Numbered from the stretch's first letter, positions 1 through 9,503 are shown. The stretch is 56,672 nt of DNA from Patescibacteria group bacterium (GCA_023474835.1 JAMCXQ010000005.1:1-56672), one strand, 5' to 3'. Numbers and translations: made by a program. The notes: generated by a model from the sequence alone, not told the origin.

Positions 1-1
1 G

Positions 2-1294
2 CCTTCTCGCCCAAAGAACATTTGTCGGGATACCAACAGCGACGGCTGTTTGGAATGGGGAACAAACAGCAACTGCCAAGCGGGTTTTTATTGCAGTGAA
101 AACCAGAAGGCCTGTTTACAACTGACAGATCATCCGACAACTATTTCTTTGACAGCAAGTAAAACATCCGCTAAGACAAATGAAAACATTACTTTTATTG
201 TGCAAGCCAGCGACCAGGACGGCGTTGAAAAAATTTGCTTTTTTGACAGCAATTTTTCGGCAACGCCCGAATGTGTTGACTGCACTGGAAGCTTTTGTCA
301 GAAAAGCTTTACCAAAACAAAACAGATTTCGGGCCTTTACGTTTTTTCAGCCAACGCAACAGCAAGAACGGCCCAGACTGGAACGAATTTAGTGGCGGCC
401 AATCCTGTTATCGTTTCATTTATCGCTGTGGAGGAGCCTTGCTCCAATGAGTGTTCGTCTGTTGGCCAAAGCGAATGTTTTGGCAACAGCGTGAGAACCT
501 GCCAGGCAACAAACAATGGTTGTTTGGCTTGGTTCAATACAACAGGCTGCGGAGGGGACACATACACAGATGAATACAGATGTTCAAATAATAATAATGT
601 TGCGCAAAGAAAAATCATCAGAAAAGGATGCTCTGCCAATGCCTGCTACGAAAGAGCGGAATGGGTTGATTACGATAACTGCCAGGCAAAAGGTGAAGTT
701 TGCAACCCGTCCATTAACAGATGCAATTCGCAATTTTTAGATGTTTCCTGTTTTACCGCCCCATCAATCGCCAAGAAAGGGGAGTTGGCTTGGGCTGTTG
801 CCAGGGTGGCCGGAGGAGTTGGGCCGTACCAGTATTCGTGGGGCGACGATTTTTCCGGAACAGAACAAACGGTTTCAAAAACATTTTTCAATCAGGGGAA
901 TTATACTGCTTATTTAACGGTGCAAGCCAGCGGTCAAAGCAAGTCGGCTTCCTGCCCGCTTCAGGTTTCCAATGAAACCGTAAGCTACGGCAATCACTTG
1001 GGAAACGGCAATATCTGGGTTTCCGGCGCTACGGTTTACACTGGTGAAACATTCACCGTGAGCGTTTTCGGAGCTGACGAAGACGGCGTTGACGAAATCT
1101 GGGCCTATTACCAGAACAGCTGGCATAGCCAGTCAGTAAGCGGAAATTCGGGCACAAGGAACTGGCAGATAAAAGAATACACTCCTAACAGATATTTGTA
1201 TTGCGGTAAAATAGTGGGAAAAACTATGACGGGCCAGCGGGATGTTTCTTACGCAAACCCAAGGTGCGTTGAGGTTTGGGTTCGCAGCAGATAA
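2..1294 (+). CDS. Cys-rich surface protein with PKD/Ig-like domains, 5'-partial
   Basis: Frame is open from base 2 (PSRPKNICRDTNSDGCLEW...); Cys-rich DGCLxW modules; PKD-like GGVGPYQYSW...GNYTAYLTV segment. Confidence 0.7.
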   Translation, partial: PSRPKNICRDTNSDGCLEWGTNSNCQAGFYCSENQKACLQLTDHPTTISLTASKTSAKTNENITFIVQASDQDGVEKICFFDSNFSATPECVDCTGSFCQKSFTKTKQISGLYVFSANATARTAQTGTNLVAANPVIVSFIAVEEPCSNECSSVGQSECFGNSVRTCQATNNGCLAWFNTTGCGGDTYTDEYRCSNNNNVAQRKIIRKGCSANACYERAEWVDYDNCQAKGEVCNPSINRCNSQFLDVSCFTAPSIAKKGELAWAVARVAGGVGPYQYSWGDDFSGTEQTVSKTFFNQGNYTAYLTVQASGQSKSASCPLQVSNETVSYGNHLGNGNIWVSGATVYTGETFTVSVFGADEDGVDEIWAYYQNSWHSQSVSGNSGTRNWQIKEYTPNRYLYCGKIVGKTMTGQRDVSYANPRCVEVWVRSR

Positions 1295-1310
1295 TTTCTA
1301 ACCTATAAAT

Positions 1311-2351
1311 TTGCCTTACTTTTTAAAAAAGATAGAGAGTTTTGGCCTATATCTGAAGATTTTATTCATACCCTGCGGCGGCAATAATTACAGGCCTAAA
1401 ATTTTGGAAGGCAAATATTTGATTTGCATTTTGCTGCTTGCCTGCGTGCTGCGTTTGAGCACTTTTTTGTTTTTTTGGCAGCTGCCAAACACCGATTTTT
1501 TCGCCGACATTTCCAAAATGATATTGATTGATAGCTTAAACCAGGAAAGAACCAGCTTTAAACTGGGGTCTTTGAAGGAAAGTACTTTATTGGATCAGGC
1601 TGCCTTTTTAAAGGCGAATGATATGATGCAAAAAGGCTATTTTAGCCATACAAGCCCTTCCGGCGTAACTCCTTGGTACTGGTTTAAAAAAGTGGGGTAT
1701 AATTACAAGTCCGCGGGCGAAAATTTGGGCATTGGTTTTGTGGATTCCCAAGAGCTGCACCGGGCCTGGGACAATTCGCCTTCGCACAGAGCGAATTTGC
1801 TGAACGGGAATTACAAAGAAATTGGTATTGCGGTTGTCGAGGGCAATTTTAACGGCTTGCCAACCACCATAGTTGTTCAGCATTTTGGAACGCCAAAAAC
1901 TAAAACATCGCAGATGCCGTCAAATACGGCTGTCTCAAACCCCCGTGCCGCGTCAAGCACTGCCTCCAACCAGGCAACAGCCAATTTAATTCATAATTTC
2001 CCTTCAACGGGGAGCGCGGTGGTGGCGGGCGCTTCAACAACTTTTACTTTTGTTTCAACCGCAACCATCGCCCAAACAGGCGAAAAACAAAATTCAGGAA
2101 TAAAGGGGTTTTGGGCCGGCTTTTTGAAATTCTTTGTTAAAGATTATAATGATTTAACCCAGATGATTGTTTTGATTTTTCTTGCCATAAACATAATCGC
2201 TTTGATTTTGAACATTGTTATTAAAATTTTTATTCAACATTACGACTTGGTTTTAAAGTCAATTCTGGTTGCTTTCTCCTTGATTTTGCTGGTTAGCATA
2301 GGCCCAGAAGAAATTATGGCTTTAGTCCAGCCCCAAGCCAGGATTTTTTAA
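1311..2351 (+). CDS. CAP (SCP) domain membrane protein
   Basis: KANDMMQKGYFSHTSP, AGENLG, WDNSPSHRANLLN CAP motifs; N- and C-terminal TM segments. Confidence 0.9.
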   Translation: MPYFLKKIESFGLYLKILFIPCGGNNYRPKILEGKYLICILLLACVLRLSTFLFFWQLPNTDFFADISKMILIDSLNQERTSFKLGSLKESTLLDQAAFLKANDMMQKGYFSHTSPSGVTPWYWFKKVGYNYKSAGENLGIGFVDSQELHRAWDNSPSHRANLLNGNYKEIGIAVVEGNFNGLPTTIVVQHFGTPKTKTSQMPSNTAVSNPRAASSTASNQATANLIHNFPSTGSAVVAGASTTFTFVSTATIAQTGEKQNSGIKGFWAGFLKFFVKDYNDLTQMIVLIFLAINIIALILNIVIKIFIQHYDLVLKSILVAFSLILLVSIGPEEIMALVQPQARIF

Positions 2352-2355
2352 GTTT

Positions 2356-3093
2356 ATGCATAAAAAGCTTGCAAAGTATTTTTTATTGTTGGCAGCTGTT
2401 CTTTTAGCGGTTTTTAATTGGGGTTATATTTCATGGCTTTTCAATTACCAGTTTTTGGGCGATAACCTGTCTTATTTGGCGGGCAAACTGGTGCGCCGTT
2501 TTGATTTATCGGTGAGTTGGGACCAATTAATGGCGCAGGCGAGTTCAAGCGGCCTGTCAATTATTCAGGCCAGCCCTCAAGCCGGCATCCAAACTGTCTC
2601 AGGAACAGCCCCGCAACCGCAGCAGCCGGCGCAGCTCGCCAGAGACTTTGCCAAACAAAATTATCAGGCAGGAAACGATTTCATTTCCATTCCGAAAATC
2701 GGAGCCAGGTCGCCGATTCTGATTACCTCGCAAAACAGCAACTCGGTTTTCCTGAATCTTTTGAAAAAAGGCGTTTTGCTCTATCCCTTGTCGGTTTTGC
2801 CGGGCAAAAGGGGAGTAACGGTTATTTTGGGGCATTCCGCGCCGCCTAAATGGCCCGGGCAGGTTGACAGAATTTTCAACCGGCTCAAGGATTTGGAAGC
2901 TGGCGATTCTGTTTTGGTTCATTTTAACGGTAAAGATTATAATTACGAGGTCAAAAGGACGTATTTCGTGGACAGGGGCGGCGAGCTTTCCGCGTTGACA
3001 TTTGATAAAAACGTGCTATTATTGGTGAGTTGTTGGCCTCCGGGCAAAAATATAAAAAGAATCGTAGTGGAGGCGGAAATAAATAACAATTAA
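2356..3093 (+). CDS. Sortase family protein
   Basis: N-terminal TM; ISIPKIG, ILGHS (His), FNRLKDLEAGD, LLVSC (Cys), KRIVV (Arg) catalytic triad pattern. Confidence 0.9.
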   Translation: MHKKLAKYFLLLAAVLLAVFNWGYISWLFNYQFLGDNLSYLAGKLVRRFDLSVSWDQLMAQASSSGLSIIQASPQAGIQTVSGTAPQPQQPAQLARDFAKQNYQAGNDFISIPKIGARSPILITSQNSNSVFLNLLKKGVLLYPLSVLPGKRGVTVILGHSAPPKWPGQVDRIFNRLKDLEAGDSVLVHFNGKDYNYEVKRTYFVDRGGELSALTFDKNVLLLVSCWPPGKNIKRIVVEAEINNN

Positions 3094-3116
3094 CATTTAA
3101 CGCTTAACAATTGGCT

Positions 3117-4448
3117 ATGAACAAAATTATTTCTTCAAAAAAAGTTTTAGCTTCAGCTGTTTTAGTTTTATCAGTGTTGGGTTTGGTATTTTTTTCATTG
3201 CCCGTTAAAGCCGACTTAGTTTCTATTTATACCCATCCGCCAGCTGACATTACCGCTAATTCCGCGATTGTCAGCGGAGAATTAAGCAATCTGGCCGGGA
3301 GAAACTCTGCCAGTATTTGGTTTGAATACGGCTTGACGGAGAGTTACGTCTCAAGAACAAATAATCAGGTAATGAATAACACAGGCACTTTCCAGGCCAC
3401 TTTGTCGGGGCTAAATTCCTGCACTCTTTATCATTACAGGGCAGCCGGAGACAATGGCGACGGCGTTGTCTATGGCATTGACAGAACTTTTTCCACTCTT
3501 TGTTCAACCAATGAAATAAGAGTTACTTTGGAGGCGGTTCCTTATTCAGGGCCTGCTCCCCTGGATAATGTTGACTTAAAAGCAGATGTTTACGGCAGAC
3601 AGGCAGGGGATGTCCATTATTGGTTTGACTGCAAAAACGACGGTTCCTGGGACAAAGAATTGACAATATATCAAGGCCCTTCGTCTTCTTATACTTCTGA
3701 CAATTTGTGCAATTATTCTTCTGTCGGGACATACACTGCGAGAGTAAGAGTTGAACGTTTCGGTTTAACAGCCGAAAATACAGCCTCTGTTACTGTCACG
3801 GGAACCCAGTCGCCCGTCCAGACCGGCGGCCAATATACTTTAAATGTTCAAAAAACGGTTCAAAATATAACAAGCGGCAGTTCGTTTGTCGATTCTGTCA
3901 ACGCTAATTTCGGCGACGAATTAAACTATAAAATTGTTATTACTTCTTCCGGCCAGGTTTCGGCCCCCGCCGTTTATGTAAAAGACGCAATGCCCGCTGG
4001 CATAAGCTATTCGGGCGGGTTGATAATTGACGGGGTGACCGACGGCCGAAGCATAATCGACGGAATTCTTCTTGACGATATCCCCGCAGGCACTGTAAAA
4101 ACCATTACCTACAGGGCAAAAGTTAAAACGCAAGAGTTTTTCAACCTGGGCGCAAATAATCTGGTGAACTCGGCCCTGGTTTATAACACGGGGCTTTCAA
4201 TAAGCGATACGGCCACCGTTATCGTGGTGAAGGGGGTCGTAGCGGGAGCGGCAACCAATGTGAGCACCGGTTTGGTTGACAGCCTATTCGGTTCTTTACT
4301 TTTGCCTTTGCTTTTGGCCGGGCTTGCGGTTTGGATATTCAAGTCGCAGATTATCGGTTTTGACCGGTGGGTTGATAAAAGAAAAATGGTTGTGGACGAT
4401 TTTCGGGCCAACCAAAAACTGGCCAGTTTAATCAGGCGCAGAAAGTAG
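3117..4448 (+). CDS. Surface protein with FN3-like, PKD and DUF11-like domains and a C-terminal sorting-signal-like tail
   Basis: Signal peptide; WFEYGLT..YHYRA FN3-like segment; VQKTV..GDELNYKI..VKDAMPAG DUF11-like segment; VSTG, then hydrophobic helix and basic tail (TTG at 3111 is an alternative start). Confidence 0.75.
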   Translation: MNKIISSKKVLASAVLVLSVLGLVFFSLPVKADLVSIYTHPPADITANSAIVSGELSNLAGRNSASIWFEYGLTESYVSRTNNQVMNNTGTFQATLSGLNSCTLYHYRAAGDNGDGVVYGIDRTFSTLCSTNEIRVTLEAVPYSGPAPLDNVDLKADVYGRQAGDVHYWFDCKNDGSWDKELTIYQGPSSSYTSDNLCNYSSVGTYTARVRVERFGLTAENTASVTVTGTQSPVQTGGQYTLNVQKTVQNITSGSSFVDSVNANFGDELNYKIVITSSGQVSAPAVYVKDAMPAGISYSGGLIIDGVTDGRSIIDGILLDDIPAGTVKTITYRAKVKTQEFFNLGANNLVNSALVYNTGLSISDTATVIVVKGVVAGAATNVSTGLVDSLFGSLLLPLLLAGLAVWIFKSQIIGFDRWVDKRKMVVDDFRANQKLASLIRRRK

Positions 4449-4458
4449 TTTGTCTAAA

Positions 4459-4490
4459 AAAAACAGCTGTGCATATGCACAGCTGTTTTT
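4459..4490. terminator. Perfect 32-bp palindrome, probable bidirectional terminator
   Basis: AAAAACAGCTGTGCATATGCACAGCTGTTTTT just after the stop at 4448. Confidence 0.7.
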
Positions 4491-4525
4491 CTTTAAACAA
4501 ACAGTTATAATTAGAAAATAAAAGT

Positions 4526-5629
4526 ATGAGAAAAAAAATTTTCATATCTGCTGTATTCTTTCTGGCGTTATCTGCGCTTATTGCCAGCCAGCCGGTTTCA
4601 GCGATAACAATTGACGAGTTAAAAGCGCAAATTGCGGCTTTACAAGCGCAAATTGCGCAATTAACCCAGCAGCTTAGCCAAATACAAGGCGACACAACTG
4701 CTTGGTGTTATACTTTTAATGTTAATTTGGGCATTGGCTCTGGCGGAGGCGAAGTTAATGCTTTACATTCAATATTAAGCAAAGAAGTTATAGCCGGAGA
4801 TTTTGGCTGGGCTGGTGATAATTTTGACGAAGACACAGCTTCTTATGTTGTTGCTTTGCAAGAAAAATATGCCAGCGAAATTTTGAAGCCCTATGGCTTG
4901 GCGCACGGCACCGGCTATGTGGGCAAATCCACCCGAGCCAAATTAAACAAATTGTATGGCTGTGGTAACAATAAGGTTTGTGCAATGGATGCCAAACAAT
5001 GTTCGGACGGCTCTTATGTTAGCCGAACAGGCCCCAACTGCGAATTTGCCCAGTGCCCAATTACTGCTTGTGTTAAAGAAGGAGAAACCTATTCTTCTTC
5101 CAATAAGTTGGTATGTTGTAATTCTTTTGCGGGTGTTTTGGATGCTTCTGTAAGAGAAGATAGCCAATGTATTTTTAAATCTGGCTCTGCCTATCAGGGA
5201 AGTATCTATGTATGCACGAATTGTGGCAACGGTGTTTGCGGCAATGGCGAAAACCAGTGCAATTGCCCACAGGATTGCAAGAAAAAGTCAATGACTGTCA
5301 TTTACCCCAATGGCGGGGAAACTTTGTATTTTGGAAATACCTACACTATTAAATGGACGTCTTGGGGGGTGGAAAAGGCAGTGGTTTATCTGTGGTTTTC
5401 TGACGGCGGCACATGCTTATTGGGTTCCGTTCCTGCTTCGCAGGGCAGTTACACGTTTAAGCCCGAGGAAAACAAGGGTTGCCCGAATCTCGCCAAGGGG
5501 CTTACCTCCGGCCAGTATAAAGCATATATCGTAACAGAAGACGCCGACTTGGGAGTTGGAGGGGCAGGCGCTCAAGATTCAAGCGACAATTATTTCAGTA
5601 TCACAGCGTCAACAGCAACGACACAATAA
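4526..5629 (+). CDS. Secreted protein with coiled coil, peptidoglycan-binding-like domain, Cys-rich modules and an Ig-like (PNGGE) domain
   Basis: Signal peptide; IDELKAQIAALQAQI coil; NLGIGS..TGYVGKSTRAKLN PG-binding-like; CAMDAKQCSDGSYVSRTGPNCEFAQCP; YPNGGE. Confidence 0.75.
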   Translation: MRKKIFISAVFFLALSALIASQPVSAITIDELKAQIAALQAQIAQLTQQLSQIQGDTTAWCYTFNVNLGIGSGGGEVNALHSILSKEVIAGDFGWAGDNFDEDTASYVVALQEKYASEILKPYGLAHGTGYVGKSTRAKLNKLYGCGNNKVCAMDAKQCSDGSYVSRTGPNCEFAQCPITACVKEGETYSSSNKLVCCNSFAGVLDASVREDSQCIFKSGSAYQGSIYVCTNCGNGVCGNGENQCNCPQDCKKKSMTVIYPNGGETLYFGNTYTIKWTSWGVEKAVVYLWFSDGGTCLLGSVPASQGSYTFKPEENKGCPNLAKGLTSGQYKAYIVTEDADLGVGGAGAQDSSDNYFSITASTATTQ

Positions 5630-5649
5630 TGGTGTTTTATTATTCAGAT

Positions 5650-5829
5650 TGTGGATAAATTGTGCAAAACTAAATAGCTAAAAATAGCAAAAACCCTGAT
5701 TTTATAAGTAAAATCAGGGTTTTTGGTTTGTGGGGCATAGTATTTGACTAATGGCAGATTTTAGGGCATAATGGCGATGTGTGGGAAATTGTGGATAACT
5801 GTGGGATAACTCTGATTTTCTGTGGATAA
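5650..5829 (+). promoter_or_regulatory. mraZ upstream region with MraZ-type GTGG repeats and DnaA boxes
   Basis: GTGGG/GTGGA/GTGGG at 5781, 5791 and 5801 (10-bp period); TGTGGATAA (reverse complement of TTATCCACA) at 5650, 5790 and 5821. Confidence 0.7.
5689..5724. terminator. Intrinsic terminator hairpin
   Basis: AAAACCCTGATTTTA-TAAG-TAAAATCAGGGTTTT. Confidence 0.65.
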
Positions 5830-5843
5830 CATTACCGCGTTCT

Positions 5844-6275
5844 ATGTTTTTAGGCGAATACCAATATTCAATAGATGACAAGAAACGTTTGGCTATACCG
5901 GTAAAGTTCCGGCCTTCTTTGGGCAGAAAAGCGGTGATTACGCGAGGGCTGGATAATTGTCTGTTTATGTTTCCGCTTAAAGAGTGGGGGATATTGGCCG
6001 AGAAATTAAGCAAGCTGCCTCTGTCGCAATCAGACGCGCGGGGGTTCAGCCGTATTATGCTGGCAGGCGCTATGGAGGTTGATTTGGACGCAATGGGCAG
6101 AATTTTAGTGCCTGATTATCTGAAACAATACGCGGGCTTGGCAAAAAAAGTTGTGCTGGCCGGTCTTTTCAACCGGGTGGAAATATGGGACGAAGCCAAA
6201 TGGCAGGAATACAAAGAAAAAACCGAAAAAGAAGCGGGAAACATAGCGGAACGGCTGAAAGAATTGGGAGTATAG
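5844..6275 (+). CDS. mraZ: Division/cell wall cluster repressor MraZ
   Basis: MFLGEYQYSIDDKKRLAIP, DAMGRILVP, RVEIWD. Confidence 0.98.
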   Translation: MFLGEYQYSIDDKKRLAIPVKFRPSLGRKAVITRGLDNCLFMFPLKEWGILAEKLSKLPLSQSDARGFSRIMLAGAMEVDLDAMGRILVPDYLKQYAGLAKKVVLAGLFNRVEIWDEAKWQEYKEKTEKEAGNIAERLKELGV

Positions 6276-6280
6276 ACACG

Positions 6281-6405
6281 GAAATTACCAATTTCTAATT
6301 ACTAATTTCTAAATAATGTCTAATGACCAAATCCCAATGTCCAAATTAGTCATTTGTTAATTGGGGTTTATTTAGAAATTAGAAATTAGAGCAATTAGAA
6401 ATTTT
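6281..6405. repeat. AT-rich imperfect palindrome built from 7-mer units (AATTTCT/AGAAATT)
   Basis: Arm 6290-6316 is complementary to arm 6368-6403. Confidence 0.75.
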
Positions 6406-6406
6406 G

Positions 6407-7285
6407 ATGAGCCATACTCCGGTTTTACTCAAAGAAGTTATTGAATTATTAAATCCTCAGGCCAACGAGAATTTCATTGACTGCACTTTGGGTTTTGCCG
6501 GGCACGCAAAAGCGATATTAGAAAGAAACAAGCCCAAGGGCAAAGTGCTGGGCATTGAATGGGGTAAAGAAAAATTAAAAATTCAAAGTGAAAAATTAAA
6601 AACCGAACAGAGATTAGTGGTTGTCAATGACTCTTATGTGAATTTACAGGAAATTGTCCGGCGAGAAAGTTTTTATCCGGTCAACGGCATCTTAATGGAT
6701 TTGGGAATGTCTTCCTGGGATTTGGAAAATTCGGGCAGGGGATTTTCCTTTCAAAAGGACGAGCCGCTTGACATGAGGTATGGGGTGCAAGATTTAACGG
6801 CAGAGGAGATTATAAATAAGTGGCCGGAAGAGGAGTTGGCAAGGATTTTTCGAGATTACGGCCAGGAGCGTTTTGCCCAAAATATCGCCAGAAATGCTGT
6901 TGAAGTCCGACTTCAACAGCCAATTGAAACGACTTTTCAGCTTGTTGAAATAATAAAAAAAAGTTTTCCCCGAAGCTACAAGTTTGGCAGGCAGCATTTT
7001 GCAACCAAAGTTTTTCAGGCGTTGCGGATTGCGGTTAATCGCGAGTTTGAAAATCTGGAAGCTGTTTTGCCGCAAGCCCTGGAAGCTTTAAGCCCGGGGG
7101 GTAAAATGGCAGTTATTTCGTTCCATTCGCTGGAAGACAGAATAGTCAAAAATTTTTTCCGCAACAAGTCAAAAGAGCAAAAATTAAAAATTATCACCAA
7201 AAAGCCAATAACTCCTTTATTTGAGGAAATTAAAAACAATCCTCGTTCAAGGTCGGCGAAATTAAGGTTGGCGCAAAAACTTTAG
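6407..7285 (+). CDS. rsmH: 16S rRNA C1402 methyltransferase RsmH
   Basis: HTPVLLKE, DCTLGFAGH, DLGMSS, RGFSF, PLDMR, ISFHSLEDRIVK, NPRSRSAKLR. Confidence 0.98.
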   Translation: MSHTPVLLKEVIELLNPQANENFIDCTLGFAGHAKAILERNKPKGKVLGIEWGKEKLKIQSEKLKTEQRLVVVNDSYVNLQEIVRRESFYPVNGILMDLGMSSWDLENSGRGFSFQKDEPLDMRYGVQDLTAEEIINKWPEEELARIFRDYGQERFAQNIARNAVEVRLQQPIETTFQLVEIIKKSFPRSYKFGRQHFATKVFQALRIAVNREFENLEAVLPQALEALSPGGKMAVISFHSLEDRIVKNFFRNKSKEQKLKIITKKPITPLFEEIKNNPRSRSAKLRLAQKL

Positions 7286-7300
7286 AATTAGAATCAAAAT

Positions 7301-7579
7301 ATGTCATCAAACAGAACAGGAATCATTGCGTTTTTCGTGCTCGGCGTTTTTCTGTTTTTTCTTGTAGGGCTGTATCTGGTGCAGATTGAAAACTTAACCG
7401 AAATCGGTTATCGCTTGGAGGCCTATCAAAGCCAGCCAAGAAACATTTCCGGTAATACGAACCAAAACAAGCTTTCTTTGGAGCAGCTTGAACAGCAGGC
7501 TCAAACAATGGAACTGGCAAAAGTTATTGAAGTGAAATACATTGATTCAGCGGGCGAGCCGATAGCCAAAGCCAAATAA
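7301..7579 (+). CDS. ftsL: FtsL-like cell division protein
   Basis: Single TM plus coiled coil, located between rsmH and ftsI. Confidence 0.6.
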   Translation: MSSNRTGIIAFFVLGVFLFFLVGLYLVQIENLTEIGYRLEAYQSQPRNISGNTNQNKLSLEQLEQQAQTMELAKVIEVKYIDSAGEPIAKAK

Positions 7580-7597
7580 TAAGCCCGGTTTTCTCTT

Positions 7598-9322
7598 ATG
7601 AAGGCTAAGATTTACCTCGTTTTTGTTTTTTTTGTTGTTTTGAGCGGCTGGATTGTTTTTAACCTTTATTGCCTGCAGATTCAAAAGGGTGATTATTACA
7701 AGGCCTTGGCATTGGGGCAGCAAATTTCCTTTGGCTCGGATTCAGCGGGCCGGGGAAATATTTTTTTTAGCGATGGAAAAACGGTTTTGGCATCCACGCG
7801 GGGAAAAATCATCGCCTATGTTTTCCCGAACAAAATAACCGGCGATTTTGCTTCTTCAGTTGATACCATTGCTGACATTTTGGGCGAAGGCAAAGCGGAA
7901 TTTTCGGACCTTTTGAAAAAAGGCGACGTTATAAAGCGTGAAATATCCGTAGAGCAGCAGCAGGAAATTCAAAAACAAAAAATTGATTTTGTCCAGTCTC
8001 AAGAAACCACCGTTCGTCTATACCCGCAGGGCGCGCTTGGCGCGAACGTTCTTGGCTTTGTCAATGAAGAAGGGCAGGGCCAGTACGGGGTGGAAGCATT
8101 TTACGATAAAACCCTCAAACCGGAATCAACAACCATTTTAAGCCCCAAGGGGCCTTTCGGCAAACTGGTTTCTTTTTTGGAGTTTGAGGGTAAAAGCCAA
8201 AAGAGTTCCAGTGGAGCTTCTTTATGGCTGTCGCTGGATAAAAATCTCCAATACGCGGCGGAAAAACTGCTTGCAAAAGGCAAAACCGACTTTGACTTTG
8301 ATTCGGCCCAAATTATAGTGGAAGAACCTTCAAGTGGCAGGATTTTGGTTTTGGCTGTCTGGCCCGGATTCAACGCCAACGAATACGGCCAAACCAAAGA
8401 CCTGTCTGTTTTTTTGAATCCGGCTGTGCAGAGCATTTTCGAGCCCGGTTCTGTTTTCAAGCCCTTTACCATGGCTGCCGGGCTTGAAGAAAAACTGGTT
8501 ACTCCCGAAACAGAATACGTTGACACGGGCTCGGTGTCGCTGGGCGGGCCTTTGATTTTGAATTTTGAGCAAAGAACGTTCGGCGAGCAGACAATGGCCG
8601 ATGTTTTGGAAAAATCAATAAATACCGGCGCTGTTTTCGTTGAACAGAAATTGGGAGGCAGCTTGTTTTTGAAGTACCTTGACAGCTTCGGATTTTTCAG
8701 CAAAACCGGCATTGATTTGTCGGGCGAAGTCGCCTCCACCAACAGCACCTTAAAGCATGGCTATCCGCGGGATTTCGCTTCGGCCGCTTTCGGCCAGGGT
8801 ATTGAAATAACGCCGATACAAATGGTTCAGGCGTTTGGCGCTTTGGCAAACAAAGGCAAAATGATGAAGCCGTTTATCGTTGACAAAATCGTTCAGGCCA
8901 ACGGCAAAGAAACAATTACGCAGCCCGTAATGGAACGGCAGGTGATTAGCGGGGACACTGCCGCAGCCCTGGCCTATATGCTTAGCAGGGTTGTTTGCAA
9001 TGGTTCGGGTATAAGAACAAAAATAACCGGTTATGCCATTGCCGGAAAAACAGGCACTGCCCAGGTGGCCGGAACTTCCGGCGGCTATCAGCAGGGCAAA
9101 ACCACGCAAAGTTTTATCGGTTTTTTTCCGGCGGAAAGTCCGCGGGCCTTGATTTTGGTGAAACTGGACAATCCCAAAGGCGTTTCCCAGGCAAGCAGAT
9201 GCGCCGTGCCCATGGCAAAGGAAATGATAAAATACATTTTGGATTTATGGCAAATTCCGCCCTCGGGTTACGAGGTTTTGCCCTGGCCTGGCCAGCTTAC
9301 CCAGCCGGTTGCGAACCATTGA
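7598..9322 (+). CDS. ftsI: Class B penicillin-binding protein (FtsI/PBP2 family)
   Basis: EPGSVFK (SxxK), KSIN (SxN), GKTGTAQ (KTG); dcw context. Confidence 0.92.
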   Translation: MKAKIYLVFVFFVVLSGWIVFNLYCLQIQKGDYYKALALGQQISFGSDSAGRGNIFFSDGKTVLASTRGKIIAYVFPNKITGDFASSVDTIADILGEGKAEFSDLLKKGDVIKREISVEQQQEIQKQKIDFVQSQETTVRLYPQGALGANVLGFVNEEGQGQYGVEAFYDKTLKPESTTILSPKGPFGKLVSFLEFEGKSQKSSSGASLWLSLDKNLQYAAEKLLAKGKTDFDFDSAQIIVEEPSSGRILVLAVWPGFNANEYGQTKDLSVFLNPAVQSIFEPGSVFKPFTMAAGLEEKLVTPETEYVDTGSVSLGGPLILNFEQRTFGEQTMADVLEKSINTGAVFVEQKLGGSLFLKYLDSFGFFSKTGIDLSGEVASTNSTLKHGYPRDFASAAFGQGIEITPIQMVQAFGALANKGKMMKPFIVDKIVQANGKETITQPVMERQVISGDTAAALAYMLSRVVCNGSGIRTKITGYAIAGKTGTAQVAGTSGGYQQGKTTQSFIGFFPAESPRALILVKLDNPKGVSQASRCAVPMAKEMIKYILDLWQIPPSGYEVLPWPGQLTQPVANH

Positions 9323-9346
9323 CAGCAAAGAGTTTTTTGCTAAACT
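9319..9346 (+). promoter_or_regulatory. Sigma70-type promoter, module 1
   Basis: TTGACA-16 nt-(TGc)TAAACT. Confidence 0.6.
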
Positions 9347-9356
9347 GAAGTATCGT

Positions 9357-9449
9357 ATGAAAAGCCAAACTAATCTCCGAAACTTCTTTTTCTTTTTTAC
9401 ATTTACCAGCCTGAAGAAAGGGGTTAGTTTGAGCTTTCTAAAACACTAA
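9357..9449 (+). CDS. 30-aa Phe-rich leader-like peptide
   Basis: MKSQTNLRNFFFFFTFTSLKKGVSLSFLKH; lies between a promoter and a terminator; resembles the peptide at 9865. Confidence 0.45.
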   Translation: MKSQTNLRNFFFFFTFTSLKKGVSLSFLKH

Positions 9450-9471
9450 ATAACAATTTTTTAGAAATTTC

Positions 9472-9503
9472 ACACCAGCTTCTTTCGGGGCTGGTGTTTT
9501 TTT
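9472..9503 (+). terminator. Intrinsic terminator
   Basis: ACACCAGCTTC-TTTC-GGGGCTGGTGT plus T run. Confidence 0.8.

Noticed and set aside
5650..5829. Replication origin
   Set aside because: Only three boxes; no dnaA/dnaN nearby; gene orientation does not switch at this site
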